DNA from: an uncultured Methanomassiliicoccales archaeon | Lineage (GTDB): Archaea > Thermoplasmatota > Thermoplasmata > Methanomassiliicoccales > UBA472 | Direction of reading: 5' to 3' | NCBI GenBank assembly: GCA_963695345.1 | Contig: OY968769.1 | Coordinates: 416,001 to 480,000, forward strand | DNA length: 64,000 bases | Part shown: piece by piece, positions 1 through 9,680 of the stretch | How the letters are laid out: each line of letters begins with the position of its first letter | How positions within the stretch are numbered: position 1 is the first letter of the stretch | The notes under the pieces: model-generated | What the model was told of the DNA's origin: nothing | Databases searched by the model: none | What the model saw: only the letters and a program-made list of their open reading frames with translations | Program-made: the position numbers and the translations under genes

Positions 1-869
1 AACATGCGCCAGTTAGGGTTCTTCGAGAACACCTTTCGGAACAACGGGACCGCCTCATCGAAACGGCCAAGCCCAGCCATTGTGGCAGCGTGCCAGAACA
101 TTATCTCCTCGTTCCCTGGGAACTCACGCTCGGCCGCCTTGTATTTGGCCATCGCACCTTCGACCCTTCCGGCTTCAAGATCCCTGTCCGCTTCGTTCAT
201 GTGTTCGTAGGCCCGATGGACCCGGAGCAGCCTTCGAAGCTCTCTCAGCGGTTCCCCATGATCATCCACCCGGATATCGATCTTCCTGTCCCTCCATGGC
301 TCCCCGGTCGGACTCCCGGTCAGGACCAGCATGGCGGCGGACTGCTTTCCCCGGAAATCCCCTCCGGCCCCTTGGGCGGCATCGAGCGCCGCCATCATTC
401 GCTCGGCCAGGTCTCCCTTTCCGGCAAGGAACGCCTGAGACATGGCCGGCCAGACCTCCTTGTTCAACATCATGTTCGCTTGGACCGAGTGTGCATCCCC
501 GACGAAATGGCCACAAAAGGGTACGCATCCGCTTCCGGTGAATGAAGCCGCTATACCTTTCGAGCTCATCACCGCCAACTGCCTCACCGCACGCCCTTTG
601 TCGTTGCCAGTCAATTGCTCCACCACCCTATCGGGGAGATGACCTTCCCTGAGCAAGGCCAATCCCTCCGGTCCGTAGGATGGGTTCGTGAATGATTGGG
701 TGGCGATCATGCCTACTCCGGCTTCTCCCCAAAGGACCATTGTGCCGACAGAGAACCAGTGGGACTGCACCGCGCCTCCGATCTCGCCGGTCTCCGGGTC
801 ATGGGCAAGAATGGAGAAGGTATGGGCGAACGGACCTTTTGCCGGCCAAATCGAAGGATCCGGTCTCAT
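1..869 (-). CDS. DUF1028 (Ntn-hydrolase-like) protein with C-terminal TPR-like helices; 3' end runs off the window
   Basis: Not in the ORF track because it is open at the edge. Manual minus-strand translation from ATG 869 gives MRPDPSIWPAKGPFAHTFSILAHDPETGEIGGAVQSHWFSVG...VQANMML...GGDFRGKQSAAMLV...DIRVDDHGEPLRELRRL. These are typical DUF1028 motifs. Confidence 0.85.
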   Translation of the reverse strand, partial: MRPDPSIWPAKGPFAHTFSILAHDPETGEIGGAVQSHWFSVGTMVLWGEAGVGMIATQSFTNPSYGPEGLALLREGHLPDRVVEQLTGNDKGRAVRQLAVMSSKGIAASFTGSGCVPFCGHFVGDAHSVQANMMLNKEVWPAMSQAFLAGKGDLAERMMAALDAAQGAGGDFRGKQSAAMLVLTGSPTGEPWRDRKIDIRVDDHGEPLRELRRLLRVHRAYEHMNEADRDLEAGRVEGAMAKYKAAEREFPGNEEIMFWHAATMAGLGRFDEAVPLFRKVFSKNPNWRM

Positions 870-915
870 GAGCTAGAGGACAGGGCTCCATGGTTTTGAA
901 GCCTTCTATGTTGGC

Positions 916-2199
916 CTAGTATCTGAGAATCCGGCCCCTTAAGATCATCAGGGGGAAGATAACCCCAGCGACCATGGCGGCCGCGATGAAGAGGGTTTGA
1001 AGCCCCACCTGGACAGTACCGAGGAGTTCTGAGACGGTGACCGAGGACCCATGCTGTTCCATGGCGAAAACGCCCTCGATGAACTTGATCCCGAAATATC
1101 CCGGAATCATGGTCAGTGCCGCGGAGACGGAGATGACGATCTCTGGGACGCGCAAACGGGAGGCGAACAACAGCGCCAAGACCGTGATGAAGGACACCGA
1201 TATCAGGGTTGCCAATGCGATGTCCGCTCCTCCGTTCACCAGAATCAGGCGGGACGCTCTGCCGATCGCCCCGCATAAGGCACAGGCCAACAAGGGATAT
1301 CTTGGCGTATGGAACAGGGCTCCGAACCCGAAGGCGGCGATCGCTCCGAGCAGGGCGTCGTAGGCGATGCTGTCTGGCCATAAGAGGACGGGCACGAGCG
1401 GACCTTGAGTTGGGACGGGGAACAGAGCGATCGCGACGGTGGTGCCGAATGCAATGATCGCCAGGGTTACCACGACCATGATCAGGCGGGACAGGCCCAA
1501 CAGGTTGTGGTTCCTGACTATCTCGATGCCGCCATTTATGAACTGCACCCCGGGGATAAGGAATATGACCGATACGATCAGTGACACGTCGGTGGCGTTG
1601 GTCAGACCCAGACGGGCCAGCAGACAGGCGGATATGGCCCCGATCAGGGTAGCGGCGAGAACGTTGACGTAATAGTTCCATCCCCGCATGCCCATGGCCC
1701 GATAGACCAGGAAGGAGAGCGCGGTTGCCGGGAGCACCACCAGGACAGAGGACAGGTCACCCCCGTTCAGGAGGCCGAACGCGGCCATGGCGACCGACGC
1801 GACCGCCATCATCGACAGGATGCCTTTCGATCCGCGGTCCCGGTTCATCCGGTCCAGTTCCGCCCTGATCCTTATATGGTCCGTCTGGTAGGTGAGGGAA
1901 CGGAGCATTGAGCTGATTTCAGAAACGATCCCGTTGTCAATGGTACCGGTAGAAGGGACGGTGTCGATCTTTGTCCGGTATTCCGCACCCGCGACCGTCG
2001 TGACCATGATGGCGTCCGGATTAACCAGTATGCGGACGTCCCGGCCTCCGAGGTGACGGTTCAGGACCTGCATCGAATCGATGATCCGCTGGGCCGATGC
2101 ACCAAATCGGTAAAGTGTTCGACCCAGATACAGGAGCAGGTCGACCGTTTCATCCGGAGGTGCGGCGCATGTCACGGCGATCTCCTCGTTCCTTTCCAT
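916..2199 (-). CDS. ThrE-family threonine/serine exporter (fused ThrE + ThrE_2)
   Basis: Soluble N-terminus (LGRTLYRFGASAQRI), about 10 hydrophobic segments, and the repeated LIPG/MIPG motifs of ThrE. Confidence 0.85.
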   Translation of the reverse strand: MERNEEIAVTCAAPPDETVDLLLYLGRTLYRFGASAQRIIDSMQVLNRHLGGRDVRILVNPDAIMVTTVAGAEYRTKIDTVPSTGTIDNGIVSEISSMLRSLTYQTDHIRIRAELDRMNRDRGSKGILSMMAVASVAMAAFGLLNGGDLSSVLVVLPATALSFLVYRAMGMRGWNYYVNVLAATLIGAISACLLARLGLTNATDVSLIVSVIFLIPGVQFINGGIEIVRNHNLLGLSRLIMVVVTLAIIAFGTTVAIALFPVPTQGPLVPVLLWPDSIAYDALLGAIAAFGFGALFHTPRYPLLACALCGAIGRASRLILVNGGADIALATLISVSFITVLALLFASRLRVPEIVISVSAALTMIPGYFGIKFIEGVFAMEQHGSSVTVSELLGTVQVGLQTLFIAAAMVAGVIFPLMILRGRILRY

Positions 2200-2203
2200 C
2201 CTG

Positions 2204-2536
2204 TCACCCCATCTCGAACGGGGTGATTCGGAAGATGCGATGGGTTTCCTTGTCCGGGCCTATCCGGGCATAGATCCTCATGGAGCCGAACACGCCCTTC
2301 ATCACGATACAATGGGCAATGTCGATCGCCCTGAATAAGAACCGGTTCGGATATGTGACCACCGCTATGTCTCCAGCCAGCGCTCCCTGGTAGTAATTGA
2401 TGTGAAATCCCGGGGGGTCGGCCCTACAGGAGAATTGATTGTGATGATGACCGGGATACGACGCCTCGGTCCTCGCCCCATGGCGGCAGGTCCGGGCGTC
2501 ACTCTCAGCCCTCTGACCGAATGCGATATCCTCCAT
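2204..2536 (-). CDS. Hypothetical protein (~110 aa), possibly first gene of the ThrE/DUF1028 unit
   Basis: Ends 4 bp before the ThrE start on the same strand. No recognisable motif; start uncertain. Confidence 0.4.
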   Translation of the reverse strand: MEDIAFGQRAESDARTCRHGARTEASYPGHHHNQFSCRADPPGFHINYYQGALAGDIAVVTYPNRFLFRAIDIAHCIVMKGVFGSMRIYARIGPDKETHRIFRITPFEMG

Positions 2537-2694
2537 TCTGAACACCTGTGCATCCAACGAGTGCCATCTGATGATTAAATACCGTTGGATGCAGGCCCGA
2601 AACTGAGTAACGCCGCTATACATGCGTAGCACGGTCAACCGGTGGTCGTTCCATCCAGGGTCCGCAACGATAAGCTATAATATGCTATGAAAAT

Positions 2695-2790
2695 AATAGG
2701 GGGGTAGCGCGGGGGTTAGAACTACGGGGATCTTGGGGAAAGACCTTTTGGAGGACCCCCACGCCAATTCTACCTATTTTCTTCTCCTTA
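2695..2790 (+). ncRNA. Candidate small structured RNA
   Basis: Nested stems: AATAGG(2695-2700)/CCTATT(2773-2778) and GCGCGGGGGT(2707-2716)/ACCCCCACGC(2755-2764). TATAAT at 2676 upstream and a pyrimidine run downstream. Confidence 0.3.
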
Positions 2791-3075
2791 ATAACCGTTA
2801 CTATTTGAACATCCATAGGTCGCTCCAAATTACTGATTTATTATCACGAACGCATGCCGATTAATCAGTTCCTATCACAAATGTACATTTTTTTTCATAA
2901 ATAAGATGAATATGATGGATGGCGAGCGAACGTGGCCGGACAATGATAGGGAGTTCCTCATCATGATCGATGGATATCATTGCGTTGACTCCCACAGGCA
3001 TAATGAATCAAAAACACGGCCATTTTCTGTCCCCGTACGAAATAGCGCGGCTCTAGTCAAATGGATACGCTCAGC

Positions 3076-3870
3076 TCATCTGGAGCCGTAAGCGCGTGCA
3101 TGTCTCCAGGAATCATCAAACGGGCCCTTTCCCTCATAGATGCTCATATCAGTCCGACCGTGGATCCTGCGGTCCTCGCCCACTGGGCAGACCTTTATGC
3201 ATATTCCGCAAGGAGATATGCCTCGCCGGCTTAGGCTGGCGTTGTGCTCAGTACAGCGGGCCTTATCGATGATCTGCCCGGGATAGTCACCAGGTTCGAT
3301 GGCTCGGACCGGACAATGGTCAACGCACCTCATGCACCGCACGCAGAGCTGCTTTATCATCACGTTATCCGGCTCGAACTCCGCATCGGTGAGTATCGAG
3401 GCGAACCGGACCCTCGGACCATATCGTGTTGTCAATAACGTGTTGTTGACACCGAAAGTGCCCAGTCCCGCGAGGTAAGCGGCATGGCGATGGGAGAAGG
3501 CGGCGATCGGCCTTTCCCGGAGCACATCCAGACTGGCGTAGCCGTCGCGAGTTATCCCGACCGCCGAATGGCCCTCGTTATCGAGGAATAGGGCGATCCG
3601 ATAGGCGAATTGGTCCAGAAGACCGTTGATCGTCCTGTACTGCTCATGGTAGAGGATAGACGGGGTGGTCTCTAATATCGGCAGCAGAACCGGCAGTCCG
3701 ATGACGATTACGGTCTTGGTTCCCGGCATCACGCATCCAGGATAGAACTCTTGGGGCATCCATGGTCGGAAAGGAGGATCTTCCCAGCGGGCTGATGGGG
3801 CGAAACCGATCAATGGTATGCCCATCGATTTGGCCAGCAGGCCGATCCTCATTTTCAGTTCATCGTTCAA
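3076..3870 (-). CDS. QueG/reductive-dehalogenase-like 2x[4Fe-4S] protein (epoxyqueuosine reductase family)
   Basis: FSHRHAAYLAGLGTFGVNNTLLTTRYGPRVRFASILT; CVRCMRCVDHCP and C...CGICIKVCP. Confidence 0.8.
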   Translation of the reverse strand: MNDELKMRIGLLAKSMGIPLIGFAPSARWEDPPFRPWMPQEFYPGCVMPGTKTVIVIGLPVLLPILETTPSILYHEQYRTINGLLDQFAYRIALFLDNEGHSAVGITRDGYASLDVLRERPIAAFSHRHAAYLAGLGTFGVNNTLLTTRYGPRVRFASILTDAEFEPDNVMIKQLCVRCMRCVDHCPVRAIEPGDYPGQIIDKARCTEHNASLSRRGISPCGICIKVCPVGEDRRIHGRTDMSIYEGKGPFDDSWRHARAYGSR

Positions 3871-3920
3871 CCCAGCACCAGCGCCATAACTATCGTCCGC
3901 CTCATGAAAAATCTATCTGA

Positions 3921-5606
3921 TTATCCTCCGAACATCCAGCCGCCCTCAGGGACCTCGATCTCGAACCTGACGCCCATTCCCTCTATCCCGGTCTCGTTGA
4001 TGGTCATCCCGGTAATTCCCAGGATCTCCTTTGCCGCGTAAAGGCCCAGGCCAGTGTTGCTTCCGAAACCCATCTTGAAGATCTTGTCCTTGTCCTCTTG
4101 GCTGATCCCCATGCCGTCGTCCCGGTACACTATGACCTTGATGTTCCCCCGGTCCTCCACCTCCACCCAGATGGTGCTGACGTTTCCTCCGTGCCGTTGG
4201 GAGTTCTCCATGAGGTTGAAGAACATGCGTTCCAACATCAGGTCGGAGTAGACCTTGAGTCCCACTGTCTGGAAGTGATAGGTTATGGTCCGTGATGCCA
4301 ATGCCATCCTGGCCTTTTCCAGCACTTCTCCCAGTGCCTGCCATTCAGGAGCCTTCACGCCTAGGTTCTGGTATTCCTTGGCGAACTCGATCCCGTGCTG
4401 GATGGCCGAGACGGAGGCAACGATCTTGTCCATTATTTGATGGAGCTCCTCGTCGTCCCGGCGTTTTGAGGCGATGAGCTCTCCGTAGCCGTGGATGACC
4501 ATCAGCTGGTTCATGATGTCGTGGCGGGTTATGCTGGACATCAGGTTCAGTTTGGAATTGGCGGTCTTAAGCTCCCGCTGGTTCTTTCGTTCCTCGGTGA
4601 CATCCTTGAGCAGGATGAGGGTACCGGACTGCTCCTGACCATGATTGACGATCTTGGTGATGACGATATCCACGATCCTGTCCCCGAACGACCCCGGGAA
4701 GGTCAGCTCCTTTTTCACCGTCCCGGCATCGACCAGCTCATGGATCATTGGGACCACGTCGGCGAGCATCTTGCCGCTGATGGCCTTGCTCTCCAGCCCT
4801 AGCAACTCCTCGACGGCCGGGTTGGAATATATGATCTGTCTCCTATTGTCGATCACCAGGGTACCGTCCTTGATCGTCTGGATGACCGAGTCCAACACCA
4901 ATGGGGTCATGTCCAGTAGCTCATAACGGAACGACCCGTAGAAAAGCACCAGTATAGTGCCCAGGAAACCGGTGTCCAGCATGAAGCTCATCGGAAATTC
5001 TTCGGAGAAGGTGATTCCGATGAACAGAGCCAACATGGGAAACCCGACCGCTCCCAGGATTACCATCACCTGCTTGCGGTGGTGCCGGCTGCGGCTGAAC
5101 AGCCCCTGGGCCACCAAGGTCACCCCTGATACCATTATGAAAACGAAGAACACCACCAACAACCAGAAACCGATCCCGTAGGAATAGGTAAGGCCGTTTA
5201 TCGCGCCAAAGAACTGCTGGCTGCCCAAGTTGGCATAGAACGCATGGGTGGAATCGTTGGTCCAGAGCAGCACCAGCAGGGTGGCGGGGACCAGGAACAG
5301 CAGGAACATCCTCCGGCGATCCAGCATATCGTTCCTTCCCAGATAGGAGACGATGAAGATCAGGAACAATGATGGCAATATGATGAAGACGGACATTTCC
5401 AGAAGATTCCAGGCTGCCATCGTCCCCCTGTCCGGGGACAGGATCTCGCCCAAGTACCCGACGGTGAACATTACGATAGCGCCCATCAAGAAGATGAAAG
5501 GTGCTCTGATGGGCCGTGTGCGAGAGGTCCACTCCAGAGCCACCAGCGTCATCGCCACGGTGACGGTGATCCATACCGGTAAGGTAAGAACAAAGGTAAG
5601 GTCCAC
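3921..5606 (-). CDS. Sensor histidine kinase, HisKA_7TM + PAS + HisKA/HATPase
   Basis: 7 hydrophobic segments with LLWTND, a PAS domain, H-box TRHDIMNQL, N-box NLMENSQRHG, DDGMGI and GLGL. Confidence 0.9.
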   Translation of the reverse strand: MDLTFVLTLPVWITVTVAMTLVALEWTSRTRPIRAPFIFLMGAIVMFTVGYLGEILSPDRGTMAAWNLLEMSVFIILPSLFLIFIVSYLGRNDMLDRRRMFLLFLVPATLLVLLWTNDSTHAFYANLGSQQFFGAINGLTYSYGIGFWLLVVFFVFIMVSGVTLVAQGLFSRSRHHRKQVMVILGAVGFPMLALFIGITFSEEFPMSFMLDTGFLGTILVLFYGSFRYELLDMTPLVLDSVIQTIKDGTLVIDNRRQIIYSNPAVEELLGLESKAISGKMLADVVPMIHELVDAGTVKKELTFPGSFGDRIVDIVITKIVNHGQEQSGTLILLKDVTEERKNQRELKTANSKLNLMSSITRHDIMNQLMVIHGYGELIASKRRDDEELHQIMDKIVASVSAIQHGIEFAKEYQNLGVKAPEWQALGEVLEKARMALASRTITYHFQTVGLKVYSDLMLERMFFNLMENSQRHGGNVSTIWVEVEDRGNIKVIVYRDDGMGISQEDKDKIFKMGFGSNTGLGLYAAKEILGITGMTINETGIEGMGVRFEIEVPEGGWMFGG

Positions 5607-5677
5607 GTCCGATTTGAGGAGCTATCTGGTATAATAATTGAATGCGGTTTCTCACACAATGTGAAAGAAATGAAGTC

Positions 5678-7357
5678 CTACCGGAACCTCCACCCTCCTT
5701 TTGGAACGGTCAGGACGAAACGTACCCCGCTTCCAGCCCGACCCCGTTCAGATATGGATATGTCGGTAATCGCCAGGATCTGCTTCGATATCAGGAGCCC
5801 GATCCTGGTGTTTTCTGGGGAATCCCGAAAGATGTCGGCCTTTCGCTCCAGCGGTATGCCCACCCCATCGTCCTCATATACGATGTTCAGGTCCGAACCG
5901 TTGACCTCCGAACTGATGGTTATCGTCTGGACCCCCTGACCGTGCTTGGCCGAGTTGTGGATGAGATTGTGGAAGACCTTTTCCAGCATTCGGTCCGCGA
6001 ATATCTCCACATTCCCCACCTTAATGTCCACCTGAGATGGAGGTGAGGGACCTATGCTCCTTGCCCGGGCCAGGACCAGTTCCAGGTCCTGCCATTCCGG
6101 CTCTTTCACACCCAGGTCCTGGTATTCCCTGGTGAACAGCACCTGCTTCTCTATTGCGGCGGCCGAAGCGGTCATGGTGCTTACGTATTTGGCAACGTCC
6201 GACTGCTTGACCTCTCCCATCTTGATCAGGTCACCGTAGCCCCTTATGACCGAGAGTTGGTTCAGGATGTCGTGCCTCGTGATGTTGGAGAGCAGCATGA
6301 GCTTGGAGTTGGCGGTCCTCAGGGCTTCCGAGGTCCTCTTCTCCTCCGTGACATCCCTCAGGACCAACAATCTACCGGTGGGCATACCGGACCCGTTCCT
6401 GATGGTGGATGCCCGGACGTCATAATAGCACTTCTCGACCCCGGTCTTCTGGACCAACAGCTCCGCCTTCCCGTCCTCAAGGGTCTCGAGGGCATCGGAC
6501 AGGAATGGAAGGGAATGTGACAATGACCTGCCCATCCCTTCCTGTGAGCCGCTGCCGATGATGCTCCGGGCTGGCAGGTTCAAAAAGACGATCCGCCCTT
6601 TGATGTCCAGGACGATCGTGCCGTCATGAATGTTGGATACCATGGCATCAAAGGTGACTGGGTTGATCTCGAACATCTCGAACCGGAAGGTGCAGATGAA
6701 AATGATTATGCTGGTGACCATGAAACCAACGGTCAGGATGTAGCTTGTGGGCAGATGGAATATGTTCGTGAATCCGAGCAGGATGGCCACGGTCGGTATG
6801 GCACCGGCCAGTATGACACCGAACAGCTGGTACCGCTGGGTGTTATACGCGGTCCCCAATGATCTCAGGCACAGGGCGATCGCCGCGATGACCAGGACGA
6901 TGGTGTATACCATGTGCATCCAGAACCAAGGCCCGTAGGTGACGGCCATCACTGTACCGTCGCCCCAACCTGTGGAGGATACGCTGGTGTAGACCAGATG
7001 ATGCAGGTCGTTCGTCCAAAGCAGCGACAGGGTCGCCAATGGGATGAGGGAGAGGAGGACGACCCTCCTGATGCTGAGCCATTTGTCCATTCCCACGTAA
7101 CCGATTATCAGCACCAGGTAGAGCGTGGCGGCGAACACCGCGTAGATGTACTCGATATTGTTCCAGAATATCATCTCAGCCAGGTCCCTGCTGGACATCT
7201 CCAGGCTGAAACCCATGGTGGCTAGGATTATCCCGGCCATGGAAAGAATGAAAGGCCATTTGATCGGAAGGGTGCTCTTGGAGGCAGAGAATGCCAGAAT
7301 GAAACAGATCATCACCGTTGCTATGAGAGGCAAGGTGAGGAGGAATCCGAGCGCCAT
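5678..7357 (-). CDS. Sensor histidine kinase, HisKA_7TM + PAS + HisKA/HATPase (tandem paralogue)
   Basis: LLWTNDLHH, H-box TRHDILNQL, NLIHNSAKHG, DDGVGI; same architecture as the neighbour. Confidence 0.9.
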   Translation of the reverse strand: MALGFLLTLPLIATVMICFILAFSASKSTLPIKWPFILSMAGIILATMGFSLEMSSRDLAEMIFWNNIEYIYAVFAATLYLVLIIGYVGMDKWLSIRRVVLLSLIPLATLSLLWTNDLHHLVYTSVSSTGWGDGTVMAVTYGPWFWMHMVYTIVLVIAAIALCLRSLGTAYNTQRYQLFGVILAGAIPTVAILLGFTNIFHLPTSYILTVGFMVTSIIIFICTFRFEMFEINPVTFDAMVSNIHDGTIVLDIKGRIVFLNLPARSIIGSGSQEGMGRSLSHSLPFLSDALETLEDGKAELLVQKTGVEKCYYDVRASTIRNGSGMPTGRLLVLRDVTEEKRTSEALRTANSKLMLLSNITRHDILNQLSVIRGYGDLIKMGEVKQSDVAKYVSTMTASAAAIEKQVLFTREYQDLGVKEPEWQDLELVLARARSIGPSPPSQVDIKVGNVEIFADRMLEKVFHNLIHNSAKHGQGVQTITISSEVNGSDLNIVYEDDGVGIPLERKADIFRDSPENTRIGLLISKQILAITDISISERGRAGSGVRFVLTVPKGGWRFR

Positions 7358-7446
7358 TGGACTGAAAATCGGCTAGACGGGATATAGCTTGATTCACCTG
7401 GTTATTGGCCGTGATATTCAGGAAACCGTCGGTCCTTGAATTGGGC

Positions 7447-8142
7447 TCAATCCCGCGGCTCCCAATTCGGGTCCTGCCATTCGCTGCCGGCCATTTCACG
7501 GCATTCCGCTATGATGGCATTCACCTGCTTATCGTGTCGGACCTCCTGGGCAAGGTCGGTGATGAGCTCATTGGTGTACCGACGGTGACAGGCAGGGCAC
7601 AGGGTCTTGAGATTCCCCGGATGGTCGGAACCCCCTCGGGAGCGGGGGATGATGTGATGGACCTCTAGCGACTCATATCTAGTACCGCCCTTGCCGTGCC
7701 TAAGGGTAGGATCATAGACCTTCATTCGGCCACGCTCGAAGTTCACTCCGCAATCCTGGCAGATGTACTTGTCCCGACGAAGCACTGCCGACTTGATCTT
7801 CGGCCAGAGGACCCGCCTGACCAGGTCTGAGGTGTCTGGAGCATAAGGCTGCTGAGTGGTGCCGGTGAGGAAGAACTTGCGCAATCCCGGCAGATCCGAC
7901 CGCATCTGCTTCAGTACCTGCTTGGTCGATGACCATGCTTCGCAGATCATGCGGGAATTTGAGTCCGGTCGGTGTCGATGGCCGCAATGGGGGCAGACGA
8001 CCATGGCCTTCTTGGTCACCTTCGCCGCCACTGCCGAGCGAAAAGGACAGATAGCGGCCAGTTCCGGACCGCAGAGGACGGGCCGGGTCTCATCGCCCCC
8101 ATGGAAGACCAACGAGGGTATGGAGTTCTCGGGGTCGGCCAT
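7447..8142 (-). CDS. HNH endonuclease family protein with N-terminal Cys motifs
   Basis: VLRRDKYICQDCG...LEVHHIIPRSRGGSDHPGNLKTLCPACH; extra CPHCGHRH. Start placed at MADPEN. Confidence 0.85.
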   Translation of the reverse strand: MADPENSIPSLVFHGGDETRPVLCGPELAAICPFRSAVAAKVTKKAMVVCPHCGHRHRPDSNSRMICEAWSSTKQVLKQMRSDLPGLRKFFLTGTTQQPYAPDTSDLVRRVLWPKIKSAVLRRDKYICQDCGVNFERGRMKVYDPTLRHGKGGTRYESLEVHHIIPRSRGGSDHPGNLKTLCPACHRRYTNELITDLAQEVRHDKQVNAIIAECREMAGSEWQDPNWEPRD

Positions 8143-8326
8143 CCGCTTGGTTTTCAGGAGGCAATAGCTGCTCTCGGCCCCGGTCAGGCGAAAATGGCAT
8201 ACCATTTCGGACTTCTCCATCCTTTCGGCTCTGAAGATACTGGGCACATAATAACATTTTCTGGGAGTTCTTCCGATGCCAACGATTATCTACCTCAGAA
8301 AGCCCTTGAATAATTGGCGACATGAA

Positions 8327-9676
8327 ATGGGCGAATGGGACTGGCAATTGTATCCAGAAACGGATGAGTTCGTTTCCGGATTGATCGGGTCCTTCATGGA
8401 CGGGAACGGTCACGCCGATGTGCTCCGAAGTGAGATAGAGAATACCAGCTCTACCCGGTTCATTGATTGGGTGGATAGCATGGAAATCCCTGAGGAGGAC
8501 ATTGGTGCTGAGGACCTTGAGCGGATAGGATACGTCAAGGACTCAAGTAAGAGTGTCGATGGAACCGTCTTCAACCATCCCGGTTCGTCCTTTCCGATCA
8601 TTTTGCGGACCGACCGGTCATACCGGCTGTCCATCGGTGTGGACCTAATGGAACGGTTCTTGGATATGAGTGGTTATTCCAACAAAAAGACAGAGGGAGA
8701 ACCCAACGCCCCTCTGCGGAAGGTCGAGTTGAACCGGGAAGGGACCTGTTCCTTCTTCGCGCTGGAGCGGCATGGCGGTCGAACATTCGATGTCGAACCG
8801 GCAACAGACATCGATGAATACGAATCGGCATTGAAGTGCCTCGCCGCCCGGAAAAGGGTCATCTCGGATGATCGAGAAGGCATGGATGACCTGAAGGCCC
8901 AGATCGAGATCTTGGGAGACAGCCTGGAAAGATCCCGCCTGGCAGACGCCTTCTTCCGTGTCGAGAGGGACTATTGGCGATCCAGGAACCGGGCTGGAGC
9001 GGTGCAGTTCGGGCGGCAGGATCGGTTGGGGTTGGGCTGGGGCAATCACGACCATCACACCTTCCGATGTTCCAGGGAGAATTTCGCAGACGCCATCGGC
9101 ATCTTCGGGATGATGGGCATGGCCCGCCGCGAGCGTTTCTTCGCCGGGGCGGAGGCTGGATGGGGGGCACAGGTCATGGAACAACCGGATTCCGGCCTGG
9201 TCGTATTTGCAGACGTGGACCTGGGGCCGGATGAGGTCGGTTCAGATTTCACCAGAGAGAGATTGGAACCGTTGCAAAGGCTGGGCACGGTCGGGCTATG
9301 GGTTGGTCTGCATGGAGAAAGCCTCTTGGGATCTGGCATGCATCATCTTGCGTTAGGCTCCGACTTCCGGAGGATGCGCGAGGACCTGACGGCCCGAGAG
9401 GTGAATTCGATGGCTCCATTCTCAGAGTTCCAGTTCCTCAAGCAGTCGTTCACCGTGGCGGAGCATTGGATCCCGCCTAAGTGGAGGGTCGAACGCCTTT
9501 TGAGAGAAAGGCTCATCACCGATGAACAGTCGGCCAAGTTCATGAGGCTTGGAGCACTGGGGAGCCACTTGGAGACCATCCAAAGGGACCAGGGATTCAA
9601 GGGGTTCAATCAGAGCTCGGTGAGCGCCATCATTCGAATGACGAACCCATTGGACCGGCCGGCCATCGGAGCGTAG
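8327..9676 (+). CDS. Uncharacterised VOC-fold metalloenzyme with HPPD/HmaS-like C-terminal motifs
   Basis: NHDHHTFR, GMHHLAL, FLKQSFT and HLETIQRDQGFKGFN parallel HPPD motifs DH, GxQHIA, LLQIFT and FEIIQR..GFG. CDS confidence is high; function is inferred. Confidence 0.7.
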   Translation: MGEWDWQLYPETDEFVSGLIGSFMDGNGHADVLRSEIENTSSTRFIDWVDSMEIPEEDIGAEDLERIGYVKDSSKSVDGTVFNHPGSSFPIILRTDRSYRLSIGVDLMERFLDMSGYSNKKTEGEPNAPLRKVELNREGTCSFFALERHGGRTFDVEPATDIDEYESALKCLAARKRVISDDREGMDDLKAQIEILGDSLERSRLADAFFRVERDYWRSRNRAGAVQFGRQDRLGLGWGNHDHHTFRCSRENFADAIGIFGMMGMARRERFFAGAEAGWGAQVMEQPDSGLVVFADVDLGPDEVGSDFTRERLEPLQRLGTVGLWVGLHGESLLGSGMHHLALGSDFRRMREDLTAREVNSMAPFSEFQFLKQSFTVAEHWIPPKWRVERLLRERLITDEQSAKFMRLGALGSHLETIQRDQGFKGFNQSSVSAIIRMTNPLDRPAIGA

Positions 9677-9680
9677 GGAC

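Noticed and set aside
2906-3091. 61-aa plus-strand ORF
   Set aside because: No motif, atypical composition, and it overlaps the end of the QueG-like gene
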